Positions 25,001 to 38,722 are shown, counted from the first letter of the stretch. The stretch: 64,000 nt of DNA from Bispira polyomma (GCA_965649765.1 OZ287751.1:66650001-66714000); one strand, 5' to 3'. The notes: a model not told the origin generated them from the letters alone. Numbers and translations: made by a program.

Positions 25001-26925
25001 AGTCTCTATCTGACCCTTGTTGTTTGTTTCCACCAGGTGTTCAAGCTGGGGGTGACACAGAAAACTGAGTACAGGACTCCAAACCTGGACTACATGTTAC
25101 CCACCAAACGCAAGCAGTGGCTGTCACACCGCACTTCCATGGCCCTGTTCATTGCGGCACACAGGGGCCATCAGCGACTGTGTGAAAGACTTATAGCAGA
25201 GGGTCAGTGGATGCGAGTTCTATAATACAGTGCCCAACCTCATTTATCCGAACATACAGGGAGAGTAGGATTTTATTTGGATAACAGAAGGTTCATATTG
25301 TAAAAACAATGTTCAAGGGCGAGCACTTTATTGGCGAATAAAGGATTGACATGTGGTGGAATAATGCTTGTGTACTTTATTTCTATTAGAAAGACTGACA
25401 ACAGTATATTTTAAAGCAAATAATAAGATATTTTCCAACTTACTGTGAACTATTTTTGTAGCTACTGACCGAACCAATTATCAATGATCTGTTCTCCCAG
25501 ATAAAGTATGGTTACTAATTGCGTACTAACGGCTTTTGTGTTCGATGCACGCTTCCGGTTGATAATATGAGTTTTACTGTACTTCATCCAAACTTTAAAA
25601 AAAAATTCCTAAATGTCACAAAGTGATTTTTCGATTCAGAAATCATCAGCTCTGTTAACGTTGTTTTGGTACTAGAACACACCCTTTACAGTCCGTCAAT
25701 TAGAGGTGCTGTATAATTCATCAGTATCAAAATGGGACCAGAAAAGTGTGGTCGACATAAGGTTCATATTGAGGTGTTCTGTAATGAGGTTAACTGTGGG
25801 TAATTTTTACTGTGTATGATGTTTGATATTTGAGTTTAAAAGCAGTATGTCATTTGCATTGATTATCGCCCACACAGACTCAATACATCAACTTATTTCA
25901 AGTACCAGTTTCGTTACTAACAATTGTAAAAATTACTAAAATTTTGGGTACAAAAATGTGATTGGTTATTGCATTAAATCTTTGTGTTGTCATTGGTCCA
26001 GTAAGTACAGTTGTTTTGTATATCCTTAAATATCAAGTTCATTAGTTTAGTTTAATTGTTTCTCTATCTAAAGATCTATGGAGAATATCCTGTTCTTGCC
26101 TTAATCATCAATTCTTTTGGCCAATACTTTATGTATAACATATACCACTGGTCACAGCTTTAAACATCCTCAAGTTGGCTTCACTTTTGCAGGAAAAATG
26201 AACCATCACATACACCCCCTTAAAATTATGGGATAAGGCAATATAGTTACAACATATACTTTTCATAATATATATGGTTTGCTACCTAAGATTTATAAGG
26301 TAAATGCATTATCTAAAAATAAATCATTGAATGACGTAACCACTCCTTTGTTTTGAAGTGTGTGGATGTGAAAATTAAGATCTAGAGGGGATTCTTTGAG
26401 AAATACTAAAGATTCTATGACATATACTGTTTACTAAATTATCTCTCCGTGGGAATGAGTTTTAAATATATGCTGTTTGAGTTATTGCCTTATTCAAGAT
26501 GAACAAAAAATATGTAATTATTATGACACATAAAGTGTTTATCTATTCATTTGTTGAACTACTTATTTAATTCTTAATTTGTTTTTTTTTCTCCATATAT
26601 ATTTTGACAAGCTACATGGCCCATTCAAGATAAACAAGAGTTGTCTTTTTAAAAAGACACTTGCAAAATATGAGGAATATTAAGCTGACACCCCCGCGGT
26701 TTGGCCGGGTTGATTGCTACCAACCAATCCATGAAGGCCTTACATATTATTTACAACATGGTGGAGATTTTCAACATGGCCGTGCCCTTTTTAGAGTGAA
26801 AAAAAATATCAGGCTCTATGCCTGATAACATGTATCCATATATATAAAAAAAATTATGACACATATACTGTTTGTGTACCTTCTTACTTGTTTATTTATT
26901 GGTTTATCTGTTTACTTTTCTTCAG

Positions 26926-27177
26926 ATGACTTGTAAAGGCTATCTGGAATGTCCCAGTGACCATTGCTGTGCTTACGGAGATGACGTCAAACAACTTAGT
27001 TTCCTGTTCCCTTTGAACAAACCCCAACCATACTGTCAGCCAATGGGAAGTGTCGGAGACCTGTGTTATTCATCCCGCTCACAAGAGGTCGCTTTTGGCT
27101 GCGGTTGTTCTCCCAGAAACGCGTGCGTCACGTTTGTGGGATACCCTTATGGAATATGCGTGGAGGACAGGAAATGA
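26926..27177 (+). CDS. Terminal exon of a small 10-cysteine colipase/prokineticin (astakine, Dickkopf-C)-fold protein
   Basis: Strong acceptor TTTACTTTTCTTCAG. Reads MTCKGYLECPSDHCCA...YCQPMGSVGDLC...GCGCSPRNAC...YGICVEDRK*, giving C-C-CC-C-C-CxC-C-C. AATAAA near 27352. The signal-peptide exon was not located. Confidence 0.75.
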   Translation: MTCKGYLECPSDHCCAYGDDVKQLSFLFPLNKPQPYCQPMGSVGDLCYSSRSQEVAFGCGCSPRNACVTFVGYPYGICVEDRK

Positions 27178-29246
27178 CGTCTTACCTAAACATTTCCTTT
27201 TTTTGGTTTCAAAATATATGTTAATTTTGTGAATTAGCATAACGTATATTTCTATGCCTGATTTTCCTGTTGTGAAATGTTAATTGTTTTATTTTCATGA
27301 TTTGGTACTATATTAAAATTGGACTTTAAAATACAAAGTTGGACATTTAAAATAAAATTAAGCCACAATTAAGGTATTGGTAAACCACAGAATTTACATC
27401 GAGTTGATTTAATGATTACATTTTGATGATTTTTTTTAATATGTCATTAAATATGGAATACAAAAACAACAAAATAAAAATTATAATATCCACATGTTGC
27501 TTTTCTTATTCCAATCTTTTACTTGATTAATAAGCTTTTCCAACCTAGTTTTTATTACAGGTAGGAGACAATTATACCAGCTGATCTACTTTGAAACATA
27601 CATGTGAGGCATTTCTGTTTGTGGAATAAGCTAAATTGTCCATATCATTTCCTTGCATTTTCTAATTAACCTTTGAGCCTATTTTTTGGTAATTTACCTG
27701 ATAACTAAAACTGCAAACTTCATCTTAGTGACCATACTTGAATAACTAATTCTAAAGAGATGTGTTTATTATCATTGTGGGCAGAATATATAGTTGAATG
27801 AACAATTATTACAAATAATGATAATAACTTAGGCCATAGATCTTCCAATATGTTTCATGTTCACATGTGATGATTAGGTTCGCTCTTGTGAATTAATGTG
27901 ACTATATTTTAAGGTATTTGTTCACCACAGCCAAACACAATGACGTCTCTTTTTAACAAGAGTTGTGTTTTAAAAAATGACATAGGTGCACAGTGTGAAA
28001 TACACTAACGTGGATATGGCCACTATATACAATAAATCTGACACCCCTCAGTTTGAGACGGGTCGACTGCTTTCAACCAAGCCATGAAGGCCTTACATAT
28101 TATTTCCAAGATGGCGGCGCCCTTTTCAGAATAAATTTAACATGCAATGCAACAAAGTTTATTGGGTTGAAAGACAAGGGGGAAAAGACAGGAAATGAAT
28201 GAATTATAATTATGTTCTATCTTTTGATTGGCTAAACAAACGATATATATACTGCCATTTATGCTGATAATTGTTAAAACAAGTTGCTTGAGCTGTCAAA
28301 CCACCTAGATAGATGCTGGGGACATACTAAACCTAAGCTGAAGTAAGGCAACAGCACCAACAAAACTGTTACTTTCAAGATTGTGATCATTCATCTTTTC
28401 TAAGCATATTGCCTGTGTTTTGCGAAACTTCTAACATATCAATTGCGTGACCTACTGATAATTTGTATATTATATATATATGTTCATACTGAGACATTCT
28501 AGTGGCAAATGCTTCTGTGAGTAGCAGATTAGAATATTGTAACTTTTTTTTTTTTTTTTATTGGAGTAAACATTTGGAAACTCAATTATGTACAACATTA
28601 TTTCTATCTCATGATTCACCAGGTGGGTCATCATGCTCATGTCACTTCTGACCTCCAAATATTACACTGGCTTCTCATTGAATAATGTGTAATTTATCTC
28701 ACATTTAAGGTCATCAAATCAAATAGTTCCATTTTTAGCATCATTGAGTTTTCTGTTTCAACCGTTAGCACTATAATTGGGAGTAGGAATTTTATTGTAG
28801 ATGCAGCAGAAATTTGAATAAAGTACCTGTAAATATTACCTGGCCTAGTGGTTAGGGAGTTGGTTTGGCGATCAGGAGGTCTCTGGTTCATCTCCCAGCT
28901 AAGGGAGTTGGTATGGTGATTAGTAGGACAGAAGCAGAAATTAAAATAAACTCCTTGTTGAGATCCCTTTGCTGGGGTGTTGCTCTTGTGATCAGAAGGT
29001 CCCCAGTTCAACTTATTTTTACACCATAATGGCCATTAACTTGTTTGTGCAAGATGTTAACATGAACTCTGGAAGTTACCTCAGCACCAATTTCAGCACC
29101 AAACCATCCATTACATTACATTTGTTAACGCTTCAAAAAACTAACTCCTAATACCTACAACATCACAACAGACTAACAAAGTCCACCCAGTCCACCCCAT
29201 TTTCTGCAAAATCGGGACAAATCATAAAAATGAATTTAAACTACAA

Positions 29247-29319
29247 TTGAATTGAATTGTATTGGGATATTTAACGTCCACTCTAGTACCTGTTCAGGTT
29301 ATATTGGGACAGGTAGGTG
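29247..29319 (-). mobile_element. SINE family A, 3' tail only
   Basis: TSD GAATTTAAACTACAA at 29232-29246 and 29320-29334. Confidence 0.9.
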
Positions 29320-29694
29320 GAATTTAAACTACAAAATCAAATGTCTATAGTAAGGAATCTGAATTCTGTCACATGATTAAACAATGATTAAATCAAACCA
29401 AGGAAAACAAAACAACGGTGATTCTATGAGAGTTAGTGGATCTGTTTAAAGGATCTGTCACAAAAATGTTTACAACATTTTATTGGTGACAAATTTTCAA
29501 TAACAAATAAGATTTGTTACTTTTGGAGTTTATGTGAGGGGAAGAAACCAAGACAGGAAATGGTGAGGTAGTACTGCCCAAATAGATAGTTTGTGTGATT
29601 ATTTGAAAGATGTTTCTGATGAACATTTCATAATATAATCTTGATTTTAGGTATATATCATTGGGTAAAGCTAGGTTCTCTCTTTTTTAAAAAT

Positions 29695-29985
29695 ATTACA
29701 GCATTTATATAGCACAAAATAGATGACACAATGCATCAAAGCATTTACTATGGCAATATAATGCCATTTTGATGACAATACATGCTCTAAGGCATCTCAG
29801 ACAAGTGACAGTACCACAACAATAGCATTAGTCACCACCACAAAGCAATTGTGTGTTCTCACACTATCTTGATCAAGGATATCATCCCTTTAATGATCAA
29901 CTGTTTAGATTATTGGGGGTTTGAACAAGGGCCCCTTTGACCAATATACCAGCTCTTTAACCACTACTAGGCCACCAGGAGGCCA
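29695..29985 (-). mobile_element. Degraded tRNA-SINE with L2-type tail
   Basis: Remnant A box (ACCACTACTAGGCCACC), remnant B box (GGGTTTGAAC), a TCTTGATCAAGGA core and an ATTTATATAGCAC tail. Confidence 0.5.
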
Positions 29986-30622
29986 TACAACTTTGATGTG
30001 TGAAACTCAGGTAAAAAATAAACACACCATTGGATTGATTGCAAATGTTTTGCAATATTAGCCTTTATGAAACACCAATCCTTTAAGAACATAATACTAA
30101 ACTGCAATGTCGCCACAGTGAATATGGACAACCAAACCAAATTCTATGATATTTAATGCGTCAATTATGTCTGCACAGATTGACGGATTAGGTTTAAGAT
30201 GGCATCTGGTTGAGGAATTTTACACTTTAACCAAAACAACGTCAAACAACTAGTTTACAGAGCAGTAACAGACACAATAATCCTATAGTCTCTCATAATA
30301 TACTTTTTTTGACACTGTATCGTAACAATTATGACATGTTTCTGAGAGATTCATCTTCTGATGTCAAACAACATTACATTAACGTCATTATATTTTATTA
30401 AGCCCCGCCCACTTGTTGTAATTATTTATTGGCAGCAAAGGACCAATAACGCTAGTGAGGATATACAAAACTACTTTTAACTAGAAGAAAATTTCACGAA
30501 TTTACAATTTTGTGAGAAGTTAAGAGTAATTTAATTCAAATTTTTACTGGAACTTTATTTTTACTTTCACTTATTAGTGGAAAGAATAATAGAGTAAAAT
30601 TCTATTTCTTTACATTAAAAAA

Positions 30623-31170
30623 ATTATTAATATTATGCATTTTTAACACGCTTTATTGGTGCTAGGCATCTTTTAAAGCGCAACAACAGAATCAGTGAGC
30701 CAATTGTGTAGTCCACAAACATAGCAAGGTCGTAAGGAAAAATGTGTACAGGAACTACGGTTGTTAAGGAAGGTTAAAAAGATAAGTTTTTTCCTAAAAC
30801 CGATGTTTATCAAATGATGTATCAAAGGATCTGAGGTCAATTGGGAGACTGTTCCATAACAAGGGAGCTGCAATGGAGCAAGCCCTGGATCCAGCCTTTT
30901 CCTTGTGGGTTTACCAGAAGAAACAGAAAATCTGTTGCCCCTCTTCATGTTACTGAAAGAGAGAAGGGAAGCAAGGTAGGATGGCTGTTGAGCGACTACA
31001 GCCTTGATTGTGGTGACCTGAATTTTGAACAAAATTCTATAGTGAATGGGAAGCCAGTGTAGTTTTTTAAGGTATAGAGTGACATTGGTGCAAGTGCCCA
31101 GGCCAAAGATTACCCTGCATAAATAGTTTTGAATGGACTGGAGCTTTTTAGTCTGTTGACTTGTTAGCTA
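30623..31170 (-). mobile_element. L2-group LINE 3' fragment, same family as 11040-13590
   Basis: FKIQVTTIKAVVAQQPSYLASLLSFS matches 13180-13270, and the 3' tail is shared. Confidence 0.9.
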
Positions 31171-34100
31171 TCAGAAAGCTATAACTCTTGTGAACATTTA
31201 ACATTATACATGTAAATTTGAAGAAAATGTGATTAATTGTTTTTGTGACTATGTTGCACATGTACAAGTACTGCAATATCCCTCTCATCAAATAGGTCTC
31301 CATTAATAAATGACCCCAAACTTATTTTAATAAATAAGTCATGCTAAAAATGCATGTATTTCTGATGCATGTGGTGCTAGCTTGAGTGACAAATATGTCC
31401 TACTGACAAAGAGATAGTGTAAATGTAACCAGGGTCATCAATAATAGATAAGGACTTTAAACTCACCCTTTATTGTAGTGTAATAATGGTTGAGCCACTT
31501 TCATCCTACTCCTAGAAACACTGCATGCTCTATATGTGTGGACTCTTAAGCTAAAGTCATCTTTGTAATAATCTCTTGCATTATATTTAACTTAAATCTA
31601 CAATGAAATAAATGAGACAATTAAAAAGATTTAGAGTTAACCTACACATGCTTTTATAATCAAAAGTGTAAAACTGTGCATTTATATAGAAAGATAGAAT
31701 AATAATAAAAAAAAAAAAAAATCATTAAGGTTCAGATGATCCCTAGTGTGAAAAAAATGTCGTCTGCTTGACAAGATATTTGGCGGCACGGCCTGTCACT
31801 TTAGTAAGACGTAAAAACATTTCTTGTTTCAGCCAATGACCTTGTTACAGCTCTTTAAAATGCACTTCCGTTCCGCGGATTTTCACGCGATAGTCACAAA
31901 TGTTGCAGAACAAGAAAAGTGCTTTATAAAAAAATCCCACATACACCAAGCAATAATTCAAATAGGCCACAGGTTGTTTTTGTGTTGTATTTTAGAGCAA
32001 GCTAATGTTTATGTGCACTTCTTGCTTTCATGGATATCATAACCTAGAATCCATTCACAAAAGTGGATGAATTGTGTGAAATTTTGTGGAATCAAAATAT
32101 GATATTTATTATGGTTTATAGCACCTAATCATCACATGTTTTCTCAAATGTGATTTATAAGCCCATATATGGGTTGGATAAATAAATAAAAGTATGTATA
32201 AAAATATTGTTATATGTCACTATAATAAATACAATCTTATTTCTTCCCTCTGGTCTTCTAAGGTAGGGGTAGGAAAGCCAACTGCATTAATCAAAGTGGA
32301 ACATTTGGGTGTTAAATTGTAACAGATTTATGTTCCTCACCTGTTTATACACTCAATATCTCTTTTCAAAATCTACCGGTAAAAGTCACATTTTGTGTCA
32401 TGTCATTAACTTTTATTTAATTTATTTTATATATATATGAATATTCAAAATTTTTAACTTTCACCTAGAACGCCCTTCCTAGGTATACCATTAATATTAA
32501 CTGATCCAACAATCACTTGCATCACTTTCATCAAACTCTATATAGCTTGACAAAATTATGTTTTGAATAATTTAGTGAAAATACAATACAACTAATGTTT
32601 TGTTATATTTATTTAATGCACGTTGGATTTAGATTTTACTAAAGAAAATCCGGTTGTCTTGGGTTCTTAATCCCCACAAAGCTTAGAACACACAGTATCG
32701 CCATACTGTGTGGAGGCAATAAGGATATCCAATAAAGTGGAGGCTTCAAGTTGGTTTTAAGTTTGTATTTCTATCATGAACTATCATTTCAATGCTCATT
32801 CCCCATAGGAATAGCACTTCATTTCCAAAAAAGTTATTGCAGCCAAAGCCCCAGTAGATTATTCAGATTACTTGAGTTGTGGTGTAGTTAGTCTCTATTG
32901 TGGTGGTGGAAATAATACTTTAAATTTCGAATGTGTTTTGTATTTTGATGGTTTTATTTTAATACACATAGTTGATCTAGTTTAAATATATATACATAAT
33001 CATCACAAGTAAATTTATATACAATCTATGTCTTGTTGACAATTGTGATAGGGACAAGCCCATTTGAGGAAGGCGAGTTTTTCCAAACAATAACATTTAA
33101 GTTAGAAATAAGTTGATCTATCTGTGTACTATAGTCCTCTAAAATAAATCACAATCCTGACTCAAGCTCATATATCTAAGGTCCTCCCCAATATATTTCT
33201 GGCTGAAAAGTATCCTTCAAAATAGATGGGTTATTATAACATTTTCACAAAAAAACAATCACAATTCATTTTCTTCCAATTTAGAAAATATGATATTAAA
33301 TGTTCATCCCTTGATCAATATTAAGAATTGTGATTTTCTGATGTTAGTAACGAAATGCTGGATAATTAGGAAATAATGGGTTTTTTTTACTGGGAATTAA
33401 GCGAATGAATTTAGCTAATGAGCTGCAACATTGAAAAGTACATTCCCAGTAAAAAATTAAATTTTCAGTGAAAATTTGAACTTATCTTGATACTTTAATT
33501 AAACTACAAATGTAAAAGCCTGAAATATTAGGACCTCAGATTTCTACATCTGAGGTTCAGCTGAAGAGTAATTTTTGAGAGAATAAGTTGCCCTGGATTT
33601 ATAACTTAATTGTGTCACTCTTCCTATTCAATACAATAAACGCCAGTGACTACTTGTATCTCTATACACAGACTGTCACCAATTTATATCAGAAGCCACA
33701 AGGCCACATAGAATTACATAATTCCAAAAGTTAATTCCAGAACAAAGCAGTCATTGCCAGGTTAAAAAGCATTTTGTTCATAGATATCCAGATTAAAGGG
33801 AGTCTATTAATAATGTATACTTTATAAGCACACACACAATACAGCAAATTAACTTTTTGTTTTGTTATAATTGGATTTTGTGTAAGCCAAAATTAATAAT
33901 AAACAGTCAAAATAGAAATGTGTAATGTAGAAATTGTATTGGAAGGGCACTCATGCATATAGTAAATGTAAATGAGTGTGTGTAGGTGTATAATCTGATA
34001 TCGCCTCTATTGAGGTATCATCTAACTTTACAATTTACACTCCCACCTTGGGTTCTTCCATTTGTCAACCAATTGTTCAGTCTTAGAGTTAAAAACTATT

Positions 34101-34589
34101 GTTTAATTATAAGAATATAGACAAATTATTGAGGCAAGAGAATATTTAAATTTATTGTATTCTTCTAAGATTTTTTCTTTTCTTTTGAAAAAGCTGAGTC
34201 AGAATACAATATTGCAAATTAGATCTAATTAAAGAACATGATGATTTTATAAAATGGCCAGGTTTTCGTCCTGTTGTTCATATTTTCCAAATATTTCACG
34301 ATCAACACAGGCTCAAGCTCAACTAGTAAAATCTAACTGTATACTTGAATTCAGAGCTGAAAGCTCTAATAAAATGAATGGTAATACAAGGTTAATGTTA
34401 TTTCCCTATATAAAGACATTCACACAGACGTCATTTGAGTTGTTTCTATGCTTTTTTTGCAGCAATACGGACCCTTGTTTGTTTACTTCAATACCATATA
34501 GCAAACATAGATGCTTAAGGTTGACAGAGGCTGCATTAGCTACCCAAATTCAAGTTACTATATAGGAATCCATAGGGTGTTGTATCTAT

Positions 34590-34822
34590 TTATTAATTTA
34601 GCTCTTACTGTCACTTTCAACAGCTCTGGTCATATTGCGACGGTTAGGTTTAGTGGTGGGCAAAAAACCCAGTGCTGAAGCACTGCAAAACTACCAACCT
34701 ACGGCAAGTACTTTACAAACTTTTTCAGATGAAGAAGCAATCTGTGGAATTTTCGATACCCAGAGGTAAGAGGTCAGTGATTTTAAAGCAGATGCTTATA
34801 ACCACTAGGCCACCATGGCCCT
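34590..34822 (-). mobile_element. Older tRNA-SINE (family B)
   Basis: AACCACTAGGCCACCATGGCCC head and CACTTTCAACAGCTCTGGTCATATT tail. Related to 40365-40610 and 50525-50720. Confidence 0.75.
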
Positions 34823-35804
34823 TTCATAAGCTGTGCTACATTACCTAGCATTGTTTTCCACATGAAGGAACCAGTTGGATTGGAATAATCTTTAGAGGTA
34901 AGAGGCGAGTAAAATGTGAGGTATACCAAGCTATTGTCCCACTAGGCCACCATGACTTGCCTTGATAAGCAAACACAGGAGCAGATAGAACTTTAAATCT
35001 GAAATAAGGGCAAGTCGAAGTTTGACAAAAAAACACACACAACAATCTCTTTTAGACGCGGCGATTCTACCAGTTAAGGAAATGTTAACAAACACCTAAA
35101 TCTTATTTTTTCTGACACTGACTCATGATTTATGACTTTCTATATTTGTTTTAATGATATAATAATTTTAGTTGTAACAATACAGATACCATTACTAAAA
35201 AGTGCATATTATAACCCATGTTCTTTATTTAGTCAAAATTGCAATGCTATCTTAATTTAACAAAAGTAATGAATAAAACAAGTAAAAATATGAGGCAATA
35301 ATAAAGGAAAAGTAGAAAATGAAAACAAAACAGCAGCTAAATTGAAACCATAAAGTATAATGAATAATATCCTGTCCTCTGAGATTTGACATTTTATGAA
35401 GGAAATAAACAATAAAAGGAATATTTAGTGGCTAAGGACATTATTACAAACATTACACCATTGAGGCATACATCACTTTAAAATTTGCTTAGACAGCTAT
35501 TGGTTTCAGGTCTGTAATTTATTGAACACAAGAATGAAAATGAAAAATTGTGGATAATTTAATTAAGCAAAGTCAATATCTAGGCTTGAAATATCTTGTC
35601 TAAAGAAGTCACTTATTTACATCAACTATTGTAGAGATTTGAAACTTAGTAAAAATGTAATTACCACCACCAACTAGGTTAGGTTTACACCTTTGCCCAT
35701 TTTTTGTTTGTTTCTTAGACAAAAACTACTAAACCAATTTGCATCCAATTTTGGAACAGATCCGGGTAGTAAAGAGATGAAGAAATTTATTTTAAAAAAA
35801 CCCA

Positions 35805-36972
35805 GGTCATTCCACTGAGACAGCTCTTGTGTCTATAAAAATGAAGTTCACCTATCTTTGTCAAGAGGTGAACCTAATGCCCTGGTATTGCTTGACCTTT
35901 CTGCTGCCTTTGACACTATTGATCATTCCACTCTTCTCTGTTGTTTTCATTGTACACTGCCCCTCTCAGATTGGTTATCGGCAAATACAAAGGTATTAAG
36001 TTTCATTTTTATGCAGATGATACCCAAATTTATGTGTACTTATCCCATAAGAACACATATTCTTCCTTTAAACAGTTTAACAGGTGCCTTGACAATGTGA
36101 AAGAGTGGATGTCAACTGGTAAACTCAAACTTAATCCCGACAAGACTGAGTTTATAATATTTGGCTCAAAATGACAGAGGGAGAAGTTGAAAGCATAGTT
36201 TCCAGTTGACATCCTGGGTAGCCCTTTCAGCCGAGCTGATTCTGTTAAGAACCTGGGTGTATGGTTTGACTCTGACTTTTCCTTCTCTAAACACGTTCAG
36301 AGTGTCTGCAAAAGTTGTTTTGTGCAACTCTGGGACTTTAGACGTGTCAGGCGGTTTCTCACTTATGATGCTTCTATACTTGTGCCAATGCTTTTGTCAG
36401 TAGTAGACTGGATTACTGCAATTCATTTTTCAAAGTTTAATTTACGTAAATTACCATGCATTCAAAATAGTGCAGCTAGAATTGGGTCAAACACCAGTCG
36501 ATACACCAGTATAACTCCTGTTCTTAAGAAATTGCATTGGCTCCCTGTTGAACAGCATTTAGTGTTTAAAACAGCTACACTTGTTTATAAGTTTCTTCAC
36601 ACTGGTTCCAAGGTATTTTGCCCCATATCTTTCCACTTACAGTAGTTCCTACAATACCAAACGTAGTCAGAGTGGTAGTAATTTCCTTGTTGTTTCAATG
36701 TTCCACCCATCTACTCAAAAGTCAGTTAAACAGTTTGGTCACAGCTTTTCTTTTGATGCTCCCATTGTTTGGAATGCTCTTCCTGATTTGATTTGCGCAT
36801 TCCCTTCACTAGCCTGTTTTAGAAAGCAGCTTAAACTCAGTTGTACACCAAAGCATACCCACCTTAGTCTCAATTATCCTACGGCGCGCTCTGTGGTGCT
36901 GACCCTTTTCTGTCCCTTGATATTGAAAATCGGACTACTGTCTTTTGTGCTGTTGCCACCTTTTAAGAGATG
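35805..36972 (+). mobile_element. L2/CR1-group LINE fragment (second subfamily)
   Basis: HSTETAL, LLDLSAAFDTIDH, FHFYADDTQIY, LKLNPDKTEF and LHWLPV, frameshifted. Confidence 0.9.
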
Positions 36973-37410
36973 ATTATTCAAAATCATTGAAATGTATATA
37001 GGATTAGCAGTGTACTGCATGGGTCACACATACAGGTTTTGGCCTAATGGATATATGTTGTTAAATTGCGGATAATCTGAGCTTATTCTTAAAAACGGCC
37101 CATGATCACCATAAGAGAAATAAGGACATATGCCACTACCCACGCCTTGGTCGAGGAGATTTAGAACTGCAATACTATGGATCTGCCATTTTTCTTAAAT
37201 AAAGTCCACCATGGCTGTTTGGAAAGAAAAAAAGTCAAACTTAAACACCCCAAAATATTCTGGACGACCACATATGGCTAATAGTTTAGCTGTGTAATCC
37301 TGATTACGCAAATTCACTGTAACATAGACCCGCGTATATTCAGGGGATAAAACACATTGGATGTGTAAAGGGGTCTTTTACATACATGAATATATATCAC
37401 ATTTAAAAAA

Positions 37411-37772
37411 TATTATTATTATTATGAATTTCTAAAGTGCAACAGCAGAATCAGTGATCCAGTCTTAAAGTCCATGGGTATAGCAAGGTCATAAGGAAAG
37501 ATGTGGGGAAGTACAGGAGGGAAGATGTAAAGGGAAACTATGGTGGGTAGGCAAGGTTAACAAGATAGGTTTGGAACTTTTTCCTAAAACTGATGAGTGT
37601 ATCTACTGATCTGAGGTCAACTGGGAGAGTGTTCCATAACAAGGAAACTGCAATGGGAAAAGCTCTTGATCCTGCCTTCCTAATGGGTCTGACCGAAGAA
37701 ACAGAAAATCTGTTGTCTCTCTGTAGGCTACTGAAAGAGAGAAGAGAAGCAAGGTAGGAGGGCTGTTGGGTA
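37411..37772 (-). mobile_element. L2-group LINE 3' fragment
   Basis: Aligns by eye to 13215-13590, including the (TAA)n tail. Confidence 0.85.
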
Positions 37773-38161
37773 GAAAAAAATAAAGTACCTTGAGGTTAAC
37801 ATTAATCACAATGACAAGGTGGGCAGTATTTTATTGATACTGTATACTAATGGTCCCAGCCTATCTATGATATCGCATAATAAAATGCATGATAATCCAT
37901 TCATTATTTTTCATGACACCATAAAAACATGTATTTTCTTCTTCATGGTAACAAGTCTTTATCGATTCTTAAACATATTAATTATTAACACTCAAAAATC
38001 ATACATAAAAAGGAATTCACCAAATAATAAGCCTTTTGCATGCACATATGCTTAATACTATTATTATTATTATTTATTTTGCATCTCACTGCATTTTAGA
38101 AAATCATGGAAAAGCTTCGTAAGTCACTGTTACCTCATTTGATCAAACTTTGTAATGTACC

Positions 38162-38218
38162 TGTCCCAATATGACCCTGGCTGTTGAACTGGACGTAAAA
38201 CCCTAAACTTTGACTTTG
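38162..38218 (+). mobile_element. SINE/LINE 3' tail only, with (ACTTTG)n end
   Basis: GTCCCAATATGACCCTGGCTGTTGAACTGGACGTAAAA. 15-bp TSD ACTTTGTAATGTACC at 38147-38161 and 38219-38233. Confidence 0.85.
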
Positions 38219-38722
38219 ACTTTGTAATGTACCAGAACTATTTCTCAGTGAAGCATTATCCCTTACATATACAGTTTTTAAGGAAAATGTGGTAATAATT
38301 ATTAATTTTCCGAGATAATGTAGATCTAATAAAGTGTTATCTGGCTTACAGCCTGAATAGTTCAGCCGTCCAGCACTAGAAAAACACTAAAAACCCTCTC
38401 TCCAAATGATTCTTTATGTATGCAGGGGGGGGGGGGGGTAGGTAGCTACTTAAAACCCCATTTAATTAAAACCTCTGTTTGATCTGTCCACAAGTCTGCC
38501 TTGGCCGTTCTCTCAATATAATGTGACTGAAGACAAGTGACAACTTCCAGGCCTTCTCATTGACAAAGACAGATGATGTCAAACAGAGAGTTGGCAAATA
38601 GTTTAACACCAAAGTTCCCTCATTGGAACAGCAACGGTAAAGTAAATGGAAGAGCAGAGCTGCTGCTACTGTTTCAATGCTAACTTTTCGTCCAATTCGT
38701 GAAAACTTTGGGTCGAGCCTAA

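Larger units (their letters stand above)
20516..25202 (+). pseudogene. ANKRD60: ANKRD60-like gene (ubiquitin-like domain plus first ankyrin repeat); exons 20516-20630, 21287-21406, 22913-23037, 25037-25202; probable truncated pseudogene
   Basis: Canonical AG/GT junctions join in frame to ...YFNVSVKLIPTG/EMFTLKNIHNDMK..VTGIPTDIQRIRYLDEG/DLQDNSTVRQNDIVGGAQLHMTVWSEWT*LIEAVSSNDLEW/VFKLGV..YRTPN..QWLSHRTSMALFIAAHRGH..LIAEG. This is colinear with ANKRD60 as I recall it (TGEMF, GIP..QR..YLDEG, YRT.N, AL..A.HRGH). In-frame TAG at 20522 and TAA at 22999. Confidence 0.85.

Noticed and set aside
25037-27177. ANKRD60-colipase fusion gene
   Set aside because: Exon 4 ends in phase 1 while the Cys-rich exon starts in phase 0, so direct splicing is out of frame.
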